Assembly (NCBI GenBank): GCA_964291215.2
Contig: OZ219790.1
Span: 640,001 to 704,000, forward strand
DNA from: Alphaproteobacteria bacterium
GTDB taxonomy: Bacteria; Pseudomonadota; Alphaproteobacteria; MPNO01; UBA830
Length of the DNA: 64,000 bases
Direction of reading: 5' to 3'
Shown here piece after piece: positions 53,352 through 63,328 of the stretch (its first letter is position 1; every line of letters begins with the position of its first letter). The position numbers and the translations under genes were made by a program. Below the pieces are notes generated by a model. It had not been told where the DNA came from, did not search any database, and saw only the letters and a program-made list of their open reading frames with translations.

Positions 53352-53518
53352 CGCGCCCTGCCTTTACACCGTCCGGACAGGCGGCTACGCTCACCTTGAC
53401 CGGTCGCCCGGATCCGTGGTCGTGATCGACAACCCGCCTTTCCGCTCCATCGAGGTACCTCCATGGCCACATCGGCGTCGCCGCGGTTCCAGGAACTGCG
53501 GCATCCGCAAGCGACGTC

Positions 53519-54580
53519 ATGAACACCGCGGACAGATCAGATGGCAAATCGCGCTTTGTCCGGAACGCTTGGTACATCGCTGCCTGGGCGAACGACGTCA
53601 CACGATCGACACCCCTCGGCCGCACCCTTCTCAATGAGCCTGTGGTTCTGTGGCGGACGGACGACGGCACCGCCGTCGCACTCGAGGACCGCTGCTGCCA
53701 CCGGCATGTTCCGCTCTCTCTCGGACGCATAACCGGACGGACCCTGCAGTGCGGTTATCACGGCCTCGAATTCGACGCCACAGGGCAATGTGTGAAGATA
53801 CCGGGTCAGGCGCGAATTCCCCCGGGTGCTTACGTCCCGGCCTTCCCTGCGGTCGAACGCCACCGCTGGATATGGATATGGATGGGTGATCCCGGACGGG
53901 CCGATCCCGGTCAGATTCCCGACTATCGCTGGCTCGATTCCCCCGGCTGGACGGCGCCCGTGGGCGATTTTCACCTCAAAGCGCATTATCAGCTTCTGGT
54001 CGACAATCTCCTTGATTTCTCGCACCTCCAGTTCGTCCATCGCCGCACTATCGGCACCGATGCTATCGCAGACATTCCGTCCAGCACCGAGAGGCGCGAG
54101 GACCGACTCGAGATCACGCGCTGGATCATGGATTCGCGGCCGCCGCCGCTGTTCGACCGCGCCTATGGCGGTTTCGGGGGAAATGTCGATCGCTGGATGA
54201 ACTGCAGCTACACGGCGCCGTCCAGCGTCACGTTCGACATCGGCTGCGCCGTCGCCGGCACCGGCGCGCCCGAGGGCGACCGCTCGCAGGGCATCGAAAT
54301 CCGGTCGCTGCACGGCATCACGCCCGAGACCGACCGGACCACGCTCTATTTCTGGGGCTACGCACGGAACTTCCGACTCGACGACGACGCGCTGACGGAA
54401 CTTCTCGCCAAAGGCGCATCTACAACCTTTGCCGAGGATGTCGAGGTCCTGGCCGCGCAGCAGGCGATGCTGGACCGCAGCGGCCAGGCCAAGCTTGTCG
54501 ACATTGGCGGCGACAGTGCCGGGCTCCTCGCCCGGCGCCTCGTCGCCGCGCAGCTTGCCGCAGAAACGGACGCTTGCTAG
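53519..54580 (+). CDS. Rieske non-heme iron oxygenase alpha subunit (VanA-like), second paralog
   Basis: DRCCHR..CGYHG, DNLLDFSHLQFVH. Confidence 0.9.
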   Translation: MNTADRSDGKSRFVRNAWYIAAWANDVTRSTPLGRTLLNEPVVLWRTDDGTAVALEDRCCHRHVPLSLGRITGRTLQCGYHGLEFDATGQCVKIPGQARIPPGAYVPAFPAVERHRWIWIWMGDPGRADPGQIPDYRWLDSPGWTAPVGDFHLKAHYQLLVDNLLDFSHLQFVHRRTIGTDAIADIPSSTERREDRLEITRWIMDSRPPPLFDRAYGGFGGNVDRWMNCSYTAPSSVTFDIGCAVAGTGAPEGDRSQGIEIRSLHGITPETDRTTLYFWGYARNFRLDDDALTELLAKGASTTFAEDVEVLAAQQAMLDRSGQAKLVDIGGDSAGLLARRLVAAQLAAETDAC

Positions 54581-54610
54581 AACCCGGAAACACTGCTGGA
54601 AAACACCAAG

Positions 54611-55051
54611 ATGCCCAATGGGAACCAGGATCCCGATGCACCAGTTCTGCTCGCCGGCGATGCCATGCGCATCGCCGATGACGGCAAGCCGCGGCTGGTC
54701 GGGACTGTTTGCAGCAACTGCGGTGCGCGCACGTTCCCACCAGCCCCGGTCTGCAGCGAATGCATGTCCGAAGATGTCCGCGAAATCGAACTCTCTTCAG
54801 AGGGTAGCCTCTACGCGTTCTCGGTCGTTCATGTCGCACCTGCAGAATGGGACACGCCCTATATCGCCGGCTATGTCGACCTCCCCGAAGGGGTGCGCGT
54901 CTTTGCGCACATTATCGACGCAGATGCCAGAGCGCTGAAGATGGATTCGCCGGTCCAGCTGACGACCGCGAGGCTCGGAACCGCCGGCGATGGCGTACCG
55001 GTCGAGAGCTACGCCTTTCGACCGGCAAGCAGCGGGATGGAGAACGCGTGA
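54611..55051 (+). CDS. Zn-ribbon/OB-fold (DUF35) protein
   Basis: CSNCG..PP..CSEC, PYIAGYVDLPEGVRV. TGATG coupling to the thiolase gene. Confidence 0.88.
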   Translation: MPNGNQDPDAPVLLAGDAMRIADDGKPRLVGTVCSNCGARTFPPAPVCSECMSEDVREIELSSEGSLYAFSVVHVAPAEWDTPYIAGYVDLPEGVRVFAHIIDADARALKMDSPVQLTTARLGTAGDGVPVESYAFRPASSGMENA

Positions 55052-56190
55052 TGGGAGAGGTGTGCGTGATCGGCGTCGGGCTGACGCCGTTCGCCAAATA
55101 TCGCGACCGGTCGCTCTCGGAGATCGGCTGGCCCGCCGTGAGGCAGGCGATCGAAGACGCCGGCGTCGACAAGCGGGACATCGAGGCAGCCTATTGCGGG
55201 ACTGCGCTCGGTGGCATGATGGCCGGCCAACGCGTGCTCAAGATGCTCGGGATAACCGGCCTGCCGATCACCAATGTCGAAAATGCCTGCTCCTCGTCGT
55301 CGACGGCCTTCCGCCAAGCCTACATCGCGGTCGCTGCCGGAGCCTATGACATGGTGCTGGTCCTTGGCGTCGAAAAGCTGACCAAGTTCGGCGGCGGCAC
55401 ACTGCCGCTTGAACGGGAGGATTTCGAGGTTACCCACGGGCTCGTGATGCCGGCCCTCTACGGCATGCGCGCGCGGCGCTACATGCACGATTACGGCTTG
55501 ACCGAGAAGCAGCTCGCGGGCGTCGCCGTCAAGGCCCACCGCCACGGGGCGCGGAATCCCGACGCCCAGTACCGCAACGAAGTCACCGTCGACGAGGTCA
55601 TGTCGGCGCGCCCGATCGCCGATCCGTTTACCCTGCTCCATTGCTGCCCGTCGGGAGACGGTGCCGCGGCTGCCATCGTGTGTTCGGCGAAGACCGCCCG
55701 AAAATATACTGCCATGCCGATACGGGTCGCCTGCTCGGAGGTCAATTCAGGCAGGTACATGACCGGCTTCCGCGACATGACCAGCCCGGAAATCACGGTC
55801 CGCGGCGCCCGCCAGGCCTACGAGGAGGCCGCGATCGGCCCCGAGGATGTGGATGTCGCCGAGGTGCACGATGCTTTCACCATCGCCGAACTCCTCTATT
55901 ACGAGGCGCTCGGCTTCTGCGAACGCGGTGACGCGGCGGGCCTGCTCGAAGACGGAGAGACCTCGCTCGGCGGCCGCATCCCGGTCAATCCGTCGGGCGG
56001 CCTCCTTTCGAAAGGCCATCCCATCGGCGCAACCGGAGCCGCCCAGGTCGTCGAGGTTGTCCGCCAGTTGCGCGGCGACTGTGGCGCCCGCCAAGTGGAG
56101 GACGCCCGCGTCGGCCTCACCCACTGCACCGGCGGCGGCATTTCCGGTTTCGACCACGGCGCCTGTTCCATTCACATGTTTGCAGCCTGA
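55051..56190 (+). CDS. SCP2/SCP-x-type thiolase-like protein
   Basis: NVENACSSS, EVHDAF, NPSGGLLSKGHPIGATG. Confidence 0.88.
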   Translation: MGEVCVIGVGLTPFAKYRDRSLSEIGWPAVRQAIEDAGVDKRDIEAAYCGTALGGMMAGQRVLKMLGITGLPITNVENACSSSSTAFRQAYIAVAAGAYDMVLVLGVEKLTKFGGGTLPLEREDFEVTHGLVMPALYGMRARRYMHDYGLTEKQLAGVAVKAHRHGARNPDAQYRNEVTVDEVMSARPIADPFTLLHCCPSGDGAAAAIVCSAKTARKYTAMPIRVACSEVNSGRYMTGFRDMTSPEITVRGARQAYEEAAIGPEDVDVAEVHDAFTIAELLYYEALGFCERGDAAGLLEDGETSLGGRIPVNPSGGLLSKGHPIGATGAAQVVEVVRQLRGDCGARQVEDARVGLTHCTGGGISGFDHGACSIHMFAA

Positions 56191-56191
56191 C

Positions 56192-57076
56192 ATGAAACCT
56201 CCTCCCTTTACCTATCACGATCCCCGCAGCGTCGACGACGCTCTGGTGCTGCTCGCGGAAAAGGAGAACGCGAAGCTCCTTGCCGGCGGGCAGTCGCTGA
56301 TGCCAATGCTCAACATGCGCTTCGTGCTGCCCGACCATGTCATCGACCTCAACCTGATCGACGACCTGTCCTACATCCGCGAGAGCGGTGCGGCGCTCGA
56401 GCTCGGCGGCATGACGCGCCAGCGGGACATCGAATATTCGGATACGGTCTCCCGCCTTTGCCCGCTCATGGAAGAGGCGATCCGGAATGTCGGGCACCGC
56501 CAGACGCGCAACCGCGGAACCTTCGGCGGCTCGCTCGCCCATCTCGATCCGAGCGCCGAACTGCCGACGGTCTGCATGGCGCAGGATGCCGTGATCTCGG
56601 TCGGCAGGAAGGGGTCGGAGCGCCGTATCGAGATGCGCGAGTTTCCGGCAGGTTACATGACGCCGTCGATCGAGCTCGACGAGATGGTCACCGGCATCAA
56701 GGTGCCGCTCTGGCCTGAGGGGCACGGCTACGCCTTCGAGGAATTCGCCCGCCGGCACGGCGACTTCGCGATCACCTCGTCGGCCGTCCTCCTCGATGTC
56801 GCGCCCGGCGGCACGATCCGGCGCGCCAGCGTCACTGTGGGCGGCGTCGGCCCGACGCCGGTGCGCGTCACTGCTGTCGAGGAAACGCTTGCCGGACAGG
56901 CGGGCGCCACCGGCCTGTTTACCGACATTGCCGAAAAATGTCGCGAGATCGACGCCATGGAGGATGTCTACGCCCCGGCCTGGTATCGCCAGCACCTTGC
57001 CGCGGTGCTGACGCGCCGCGCCCTTGCGACGGCCTTCTCACGCGCCGCAAACGGAACGGAGATGACCCTGAGATGA
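56192..57076 (+). CDS. Xanthine dehydrogenase/CoxM-family FAD subunit
   Basis: AGGQSLMP, RNRGTFGGSLAH.DP, RRHGDFA. Confidence 0.9.
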   Translation: MKPPPFTYHDPRSVDDALVLLAEKENAKLLAGGQSLMPMLNMRFVLPDHVIDLNLIDDLSYIRESGAALELGGMTRQRDIEYSDTVSRLCPLMEEAIRNVGHRQTRNRGTFGGSLAHLDPSAELPTVCMAQDAVISVGRKGSERRIEMREFPAGYMTPSIELDEMVTGIKVPLWPEGHGYAFEEFARRHGDFAITSSAVLLDVAPGGTIRRASVTVGGVGPTPVRVTAVEETLAGQAGATGLFTDIAEKCREIDAMEDVYAPAWYRQHLAAVLTRRALATAFSRAANGTEMTLR

Positions 57077-57567
57077 GCGACCGCAGAACCGTTTCCGTCA
57101 CCATCAATGGCCAGACCTACGAGCGCGAGGTCGAGACCCGCTTGACCCTTGCAGATTTCATCCGCCACGAGGCACTGCTCACGGGCACCCATGTCGGTTG
57201 CGAGCACGGGGTGTGCGGCGCTTGCACGATCCTTCTCGACGGCAGGACCGCGCGTTCGTGCCTGATGCTCGCGGTGCAGGCCCACGGCCGCGAGCTGATG
57301 ACAGTCGAGGGCATTGCCCCCAACGAGGATGAGTTGCACCCCCTGCAGCAGGCGTTTCAGGACAATCATGGCCTGCAGTGCGGTTTCTGCACTCCGGGAA
57401 TGCTGACCACGCTTCTCGAATTTCTCGGTGACAACCCCGATCCTACCGAGAGAGAGGTTCGCGAAGCCATCAGCGGCAATCTGTGCCGGTGCACCGGCTA
57501 TCAGGGAATTGTCAATGCGGCGCTTGACGCCGCTCGGCGCCTGCGTGAGGCGCCGTCAGCCGAATAG
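57073..57567 (+). CDS. Xanthine dehydrogenase/CoxS-family 2x[2Fe-2S] subunit
   Basis: [28 protein letters not shown]. Confidence 0.92.
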   Translation: MSDRRTVSVTINGQTYEREVETRLTLADFIRHEALLTGTHVGCEHGVCGACTILLDGRTARSCLMLAVQAHGRELMTVEGIAPNEDELHPLQQAFQDNHGLQCGFCTPGMLTTLLEFLGDNPDPTEREVREAISGNLCRCTGYQGIVNAALDAARRLREAPSAE

Positions 57568-57618
57568 CCGCCGGCGCCCGCCGTTTCCGATACGGAAGCT
57601 TCACCGGGAGATATTCGG

Positions 57619-59943
57619 ATGGGTGCCAAGATGTTCGGCGCACGGGTCACGCGACTTGAAGATCCGCGCCTCCTCACCGGTTCGGGCGCCTACACGGACG
57701 ACTTTCACCTCCCGGACATGCTCGAGGCGGCATTTGTCCGCTCGCCACACAGTCATGCCCGGATAACCGGGATCGACGGATCGGCGGCACTCGCGCATCC
57801 TGGGGTGGTCGCGGTCTACACCGCTGCCGACCTGCCCGAGCACCTGCGTACGGCGACCGTACCATTCCAAGTGCCGAATCCCTCGATCACCCAACCGTTC
57901 CAGCAGAAGCTCCTGGAAAACGACGAGGCGTGCTTCGTCGGCGAACCGATCGCGCTGATCGTCGCTGAAAGCCGTTACGCAGCGGAAGACGCCGCGGCGC
58001 TGGTGGACGTCACCTATGAGGTCCTTGATGGCATATCGGACTGCAAGGCAGCGCTCGCGGACGGCGCCGCGGCAGCCCATTCCGGAACGTCAGGCAACGA
58101 GGCCGCACGGTTTACGGTCGGCTACGGTGATGTCGACGCCGCTTTCACAGCTGCCCGCGTGACCCATGCCGAGGAATTCCTCATCCATCGCGGTGGCGGT
58201 TTCGCGATAGAAAATCGGGCAGTAGTGGCCGAATATGACGAACTCCGCGATATCGTCACGATCTGGTCGGCGACACAGTCGCCGTTTCTGGTCAAGCAGA
58301 ATGTAATCGACATGCTCGGATGGGAGTCGGAGCACGTGCGCGTCATCGCGCCCGATGTCGGAGGCGGTTTCGGACCCAAGACCATCTACTATGTCGAGGA
58401 GGCGCTAATCCCTCTGGTCGCGAGGGACCTCGGGCGCCCGGTAAAGTGGATCGAGGACAGACGGGAGAATTTCCTCGCAACCAACATGGAGCGCGACCAG
58501 TACTGGAACATGGAGATCGCGGTCGACGGCGACGGCAAGCTGCTGGCAGTTCGCGGAACCATGATCCACGACACCGGCGCCTATATGCCATGGGGTATCA
58601 TTTCGCCTTACATCTCGGCAACCACGCTTCCCGGTCCGTACGTCCTTCCCGCCTACCAACTCGAGACCAGGGTCGCCCTGACCAACAAGGTTGCCGTGAC
58701 TCCTGTGCGCGGCGCCGGACGGCCGCAGGCGGTGTTCGCAATGGAGCGCCTGCTCGACCGCGCCGCCGACAGGCTCGGCCTCGACCGCGCCGAGATCCGC
58801 CGCCGAAACTTCATCCAGCCCGAGGAGATGCCCTACTCGCTGGGCCTGATCTTCCGCGACGGCAAGCCAATGAGCTACGATTCCGGAAACTACCCGAAGT
58901 GCCAAGCCGAAGCGTTGCGCGTGGCCGAATATGACGGCTTCACCCACCGGCGCGACGCAGCGCGAGCCGAGGGGCGCCGCATCGGCATCGGCATCGCCAA
59001 CTATGTCGAGGGCACCGGCCTTGGCCCGTTCGAGGGCGCGACGGTGCGTATCCAGCCATCTGGGCGCATCTGCGTCTACACCGGCGGCGGCGATTCGGGA
59101 CAGGGCCACTGGACAACGCTGGCCCAGGTTTGCGCCGACAAGTTCGGCGTCGGGATCGACGACATTGACGTGCAGAAGGGCGATACCGGCAAGATCGCGG
59201 CCGGGGTCGGTACCTTCGCCAGCCGTATCGCCGTGAACGCGGGATCCTCGACCCACCTCGCCGCGATCGAGGTCAGAGAAAAAGCCATCCGCGTGGCGGC
59301 CCACATGCTTGAGGCCGCCGAGGAGGATCTCGATATCGAAAACGGCCGCGTGGTGGTGACGGGCTCGGACCTCTCGGTAGGGCTGTCGGAGATCGCGCGA
59401 GCCGTCCAGGGCATGCCCGGGTTCTCGCTGCCCGGAGGTGTCGAGCCCGGCCTTGAGGCGACACACTACTTCTCGCCCTCCCAATCTTCGTACTGCAACG
59501 GCACCGCGGTTGCGGAAGTCGAGGTCGACCCAGAAACCGGGCATGTCGAAATCCTGAATTATGCAATGGCGCATGATTCGGGAACGCTCATCAGTCCGTT
59601 CCTGGTCGATGGGCAGGTGCAGGGCGCCACTGCTCACGGCATCGGGAACGCACTGCTCGAATGGATGCTCTATGACGATAGCGGGGGACCGTTGTCGGTG
59701 AACTTCGCCGAATACATGCTACCGTCAGCGGTCGAAATTCCCGGAGTAAAGGTGGTGCATGTCGAGTCGCCTACTCCGATCAACCCGCTCGGAGTAAAGG
59801 GAGCCGGTGAAGGTGGAACGATCCCGGCCGCCGCAGCCATCGTTGCCGCGATAGAAGACGCGCTGTCGGACTGGAACATCTCGCTGGGATCCGCCCCGAT
59901 CACCCCCGACATGATCGTCGCACGGATACGCGCCTCGGACTGA
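57619..59943 (+). CDS. Molybdopterin hydroxylase large subunit (CoxL/XdhA family, substrate unknown)
   Basis: VGGGFGPK, active-site loop PVRGAGRPQA, GQVQG, GVKGAGEGG. Confidence 0.9.
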   Translation: MGAKMFGARVTRLEDPRLLTGSGAYTDDFHLPDMLEAAFVRSPHSHARITGIDGSAALAHPGVVAVYTAADLPEHLRTATVPFQVPNPSITQPFQQKLLENDEACFVGEPIALIVAESRYAAEDAAALVDVTYEVLDGISDCKAALADGAAAAHSGTSGNEAARFTVGYGDVDAAFTAARVTHAEEFLIHRGGGFAIENRAVVAEYDELRDIVTIWSATQSPFLVKQNVIDMLGWESEHVRVIAPDVGGGFGPKTIYYVEEALIPLVARDLGRPVKWIEDRRENFLATNMERDQYWNMEIAVDGDGKLLAVRGTMIHDTGAYMPWGIISPYISATTLPGPYVLPAYQLETRVALTNKVAVTPVRGAGRPQAVFAMERLLDRAADRLGLDRAEIRRRNFIQPEEMPYSLGLIFRDGKPMSYDSGNYPKCQAEALRVAEYDGFTHRRDAARAEGRRIGIGIANYVEGTGLGPFEGATVRIQPSGRICVYTGGGDSGQGHWTTLAQVCADKFGVGIDDIDVQKGDTGKIAAGVGTFASRIAVNAGSSTHLAAIEVREKAIRVAAHMLEAAEEDLDIENGRVVVTGSDLSVGLSEIARAVQGMPGFSLPGGVEPGLEATHYFSPSQSSYCNGTAVAEVEVDPETGHVEILNYAMAHDSGTLISPFLVDGQVQGATAHGIGNALLEWMLYDDSGGPLSVNFAEYMLPSAVEIPGVKVVHVESPTPINPLGVKGAGEGGTIPAAAAIVAAIEDALSDWNISLGSAPITPDMIVARIRASD

Positions 59944-60051
59944 ATGCTCAAGTGGACAGGCGCGGCCGGTCTACGCCAGTCAGACCTGCGTGACGTGAGG
60001 CATCATCGATCCCCAATCACGGAAGGCGCAAGACGAGTTTCGTTGCGTGAT

Positions 60052-60143
60052 ATCGCGGTAGGGAACCGGGTTTCCCCGGTCCCCCCGCAGTTACGGTAGG
60101 AATGCGCATTACTGCGCACCCCCCGTACGGATCCGGACATGAA
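60052..60143 (-). ncRNA. Two abutting group II intron 3' ends (partial domain V + domain VI)
   Basis: Minus strand reads ..ATGTCCGGATCCGTACGGGGGGTGCGCAGTAATGCGCATTCCTACCGTAAC then TGCGGGGGGACCGGGGAAACCCGGTTCCCTACCGCGAT. Both have GNRA-capped stems, a bulged A and AY ends. Confidence 0.75.
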
Positions 60144-60146
60144 CAC

Positions 60147-60526
60147 CACGGTGATCCCACGCTAGGTTTGTTGGAAGGGTCGGTTTCGCTTGTTCAGGAT
60201 GATTCGCATTTTCGCTGGCTTTTTGTGAAGCGCCGTAGTATCCGTTGTCGTAATGGAAGGGGCAGCGGATTTTTTTTGAGACGACTCTGGAGGGTTTTGA
60301 GCTCCGGGATGTGGTTGTGCGCCTTGCGCGGTCTGGTGCCGCTGGAACCGTGTTGTTGACCGTCATCACTATCTTGGTTTCAAACAGTTTGCCGGTCGAG
60401 GTTTGCGCTACGTGTTCACCTGGCGCGGGCGGTGGATTGGCGCTGCGGGCTGGCAGACGGGCGCCCTCAGCTGCGCACCGCGGGACCGTTGGATTGGCTG
60501 GCGCCGCGAGGAACAGTTCAGGCGGT
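60147..60526 (+). mobile_element. ISAs1/DUF4338 element left-end fragment (second copy)
   Basis: Homologous to the reverse complement of ~24370-24726. Cut by an IS66 end. Confidence 0.85.
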
Positions 60527-60758
60527 GTAACTACTCACCCCCTGGTTCCGGCTTGATGTCGGGGTAGAGCAACGAACGGGTTTTCGTAGAGATTTGACAC
60601 TGCAGGCCGATTCGTTTAGTGGTGGTTATCGAGAACGACGGGGACCGGCAGTGAGCTACTTTGGATCGAAGGCGACGAGCGGGCTGTGCCATCGGAGGCG
60701 GCGCGCTGATGAAGCGCAAGGCGGAGTACCGGAAGATGCCGCCGGGCGAGCGGCGCCA

Positions 60759-62010
60759 GGTACTGTAACTTGATGTCTGAAAATTTGTCTGAGGTTTGCG
60801 CTTTGAGGCGTTTCACTGGGGGGCTAGCCCCCCAGTGAAACGCGGCGCCATCGTGCTATCCCATGGAGCTGTAAACATTCATGGAGGAAGCGAATGGACC
60901 TGCGACACACTACGACGATTGAGGCCGTTTTGGAACATCTGATCGCAAACGGAGCAACGGATCTGGGGCGGATCTTTGGTCAGCTCTTCGAGCTTGCGAT
61001 GCAAATCGAGCGCGAGCAGCACTTGAGAGCGGGCCACTACGAACGGACACCGGAACGACAGGGCTATGCCAACGGCTATAAGCCCAAACGGATCGACACC
61101 CCCCTGTTACCGTTCAGGTGCCAAAGACGGCCGGTCACGAGGACGCCCCCCCCCCAGTCGCTTGAACGCGGCCAGCGATCTTCTCGCGCCGTAGCCGAGA
61201 TGTACATCAAAGGTGTTTCCACGCGGCAGGATGTAATGCGCGAGTTCGGGAGCCTGTCCTCTTCTCAGGTCAGCCGGGCCACCAGGTTGCTCGATGAAGA
61301 ACTCGCCGCGCAACCGGCCCCTGATGAAATACCTGATCCTAGATGCGCGCTATGAAAAAGCCCGCCATGACGGCGTTGTGCGCGATGTCGCAGTGCTCTC
61401 GACCATCGGAATAGGGGCTGCAGGCACGTTCTGGGGCTCTCTGTGGCGCTCTCCGAGGCCGAGGTCCATTGGAGAGCCTTCCTGGAAAGCTTGCTAGCCC
61501 TGCATGGTATGACCTTCATCGTCTCGGATGCCGGGCTGAAAGCGGCACGGTGCTGGGCGCGGCGACGTGGCAGCGCTGCCAGTTCCACCTGGCGCAAAAC
61601 GCCGTGCACCGAACAACGACATCAGGAAACGTATTGGAAAACAGCTCAGAGCCACGCCTCCTCACTCCAAACCGCCGAGGCTGAACTGGGCGCCCTCGTG
61701 GCCAGCTATCGCGACAAGCATCCAGGCTTCCTGGCTGGAAAACAATGCGGGGCTCGCTGTCTTCACCTTGCCCGATGCTCACCACAAACGTATGCGAACC
61801 TCGAACGGCATCGAGCGACCGATCCAGCAAGAGCTCAAGCGGCGCACCTCCAAAGTCAGGGTCTTTCCAAACCTCGCCTCGTTGGAGCGCCTCTCAACCG
61901 CGGTCCTCATCGACGAAAAATGGGAAACCGAAACCAAGGCATACATCAAATGGGAACAGCTCGATGACTGAGAGCTTCACGACAATTTCCAGACATCAGG
62001 TTGCGTAATC
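60759..62010 (+). mobile_element. IS256-family element, copy B (transposase pseudogene)
   Basis: Same IRs as copy A. MDLRHTTTIE..KWEQLDD is broken across frames. Confidence 0.9.
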
Positions 62011-62305
62011 TCAGTTCTTCCGCATCGACACTGGCCATCGGGTAGCAACCTTGGCGTTCACCGTCTATCCCACAAATCAGCTTCGTGTGGGTGGGGAATT
62101 TCGGGGCTTCCCGTTCGCTTTCGCCCTCCGGTTTGCTCGCCGCCCTGGCTGACCGAACCGGCTGGACACTGAGTTCCAGCCAGCCCACGACGGCTTCCTA
62201 CGTCCCAGCTCGCTGGTCCAGGGTCGCCCCTGAACCAATGCTACGGCGCCAAACTGAGAATTGCGGGACTTTCACCCGCAAGATCAGCAGCTAGACTCGC
62301 TGCAC
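62011..62305 (-). ncRNA. Probable group II intron 5' portion (domain I remnant)
   Basis: Minus strand begins GTGCAGCGAG..GCGGGTGAAAGTCCCGC. Inserted in the IS66 transposase and truncated at IS256. Confidence 0.55.
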
Positions 62306-62809
62306 GCCTGCCGCTCCCCAACGCTTCGCCTCGCGACGCATGGTTCACGGAGAAAGTGGTGGTTAGCCTCTCTTCCTGCCGGGACTTGCACCCGGCCACA
62401 TTCCACCAGTTTGCCTGGCGCACCCGGACGTCAGCTTCACCAACAATGCCGGCGAGCAGAAATTCGGATGGCAAAGGTCAGGCTCAAGGTGTCCGGGTAC
62501 TTTCGAACCCGGCTCCACGCCGAGGCTTGGTGCCGAATCTCAAGCTATCTCACCTCCATGGCCGCACTCGGCTACAGCCCACTCGTCGCCATCCGGATCG
62601 CACTTCGCCGGAAACGCCGCCGACAGATCAAAATGCACAACGCCAAACCCACCTCTGCGGAGGGGTGAGGAGATACCTATTCCGTTTGATCATTCAACCG
62701 ACAAACATCCCAAGCAACAGGAGCGCAGTCTGGGCCGGGCGCAAGCCAACCAGATCAACAGCAGTAGGCCAAGCACGGAAGCCGGACACTCAAATCAAAA
62801 AAGCGCTAC

Positions 62810-63043
62810 TCATCGCCGGTCCCCCTCGCCCGCGAGCGCCGGCAGCTGGACGCGCTCGCCGGCCTCCAGCGCCTCGATCGACGCCTTCGAAAGCCGCAGC
62901 AGTCCGCTTTGAATTGCGCCGTGCACCGCTGCCGCCAGTATCGAACTGCGGTGCACCTGGTAGGCTTCCGCGTGGCGGTCGATCTCATGCAGAAGCGACG
63001 TGTCGAGACAAACTCGAATCCGTTTCTTTCCATCTGGAATCAT
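62810..63043 (-). CDS. Small hypothetical protein, ribbon-helix-helix/CopG-like
   Basis: KRIRVCLDTSLLHEIDRHA....RSSIL pattern. Confidence 0.45.
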   Translation of the reverse strand: MIPDGKKRIRVCLDTSLLHEIDRHAEAYQVHRSSILAAAVHGAIQSGLLRLSKASIEALEAGERVQLPALAGEGDRR

Positions 63044-63090
63044 GTTCCGAATCTCCCTTCGTTGTATGGGCCACCATAACGGGAAGTAAT

Positions 63091-63270
63091 TCACCTTATC
63101 AACCCGCCCGCGTGCGGCTTACGCGGATACCGCGCACTGTGGAGCCGGCCGCCGCAATGCTGGCATCCCTCGAGGCGGCAGCGCTCGGCCTCGTCCGCAT
63201 CGACCTTCTCGAGAAACGCCCGGACATGGGCGCTGGAAAGCATGGAACCCGGAAAGGAATCGTGCGACAT
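63091..63270 (-). pseudogene. Fragment of a Cys-rich mobile-element accessory protein
   Basis: GCQHCGGRLHSARYPRKP motif. ORF stops after 59 aa. Confidence 0.4.
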
Positions 63271-63328
63271 TGACTTATCTCCTGTGGTTTTGTCATCGTG
63301 GAGACAAGCCCCTCAGCCGACTTTTTGC

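Larger units (their letters stand above)
60527..62676 (+). mobile_element. Decayed IS66-family element (second methylase-carrying copy) with nested IS256 and intron remnant
   Basis: Ends GTAACTACTCACCCC / GGGGTGAGGAGATAC. Same leader and methylase remnant as 11100-11421. SFTNNAGEQ..KVSGYFR at ~62430-62510. No TSD match. Confidence 0.75.

Noticed and set aside
57619-59943. Aerobic CO dehydrogenase (coxL)
   Set aside because: Lacks AYxCSFR, and no coxDEFG accessory genes are adjacent.
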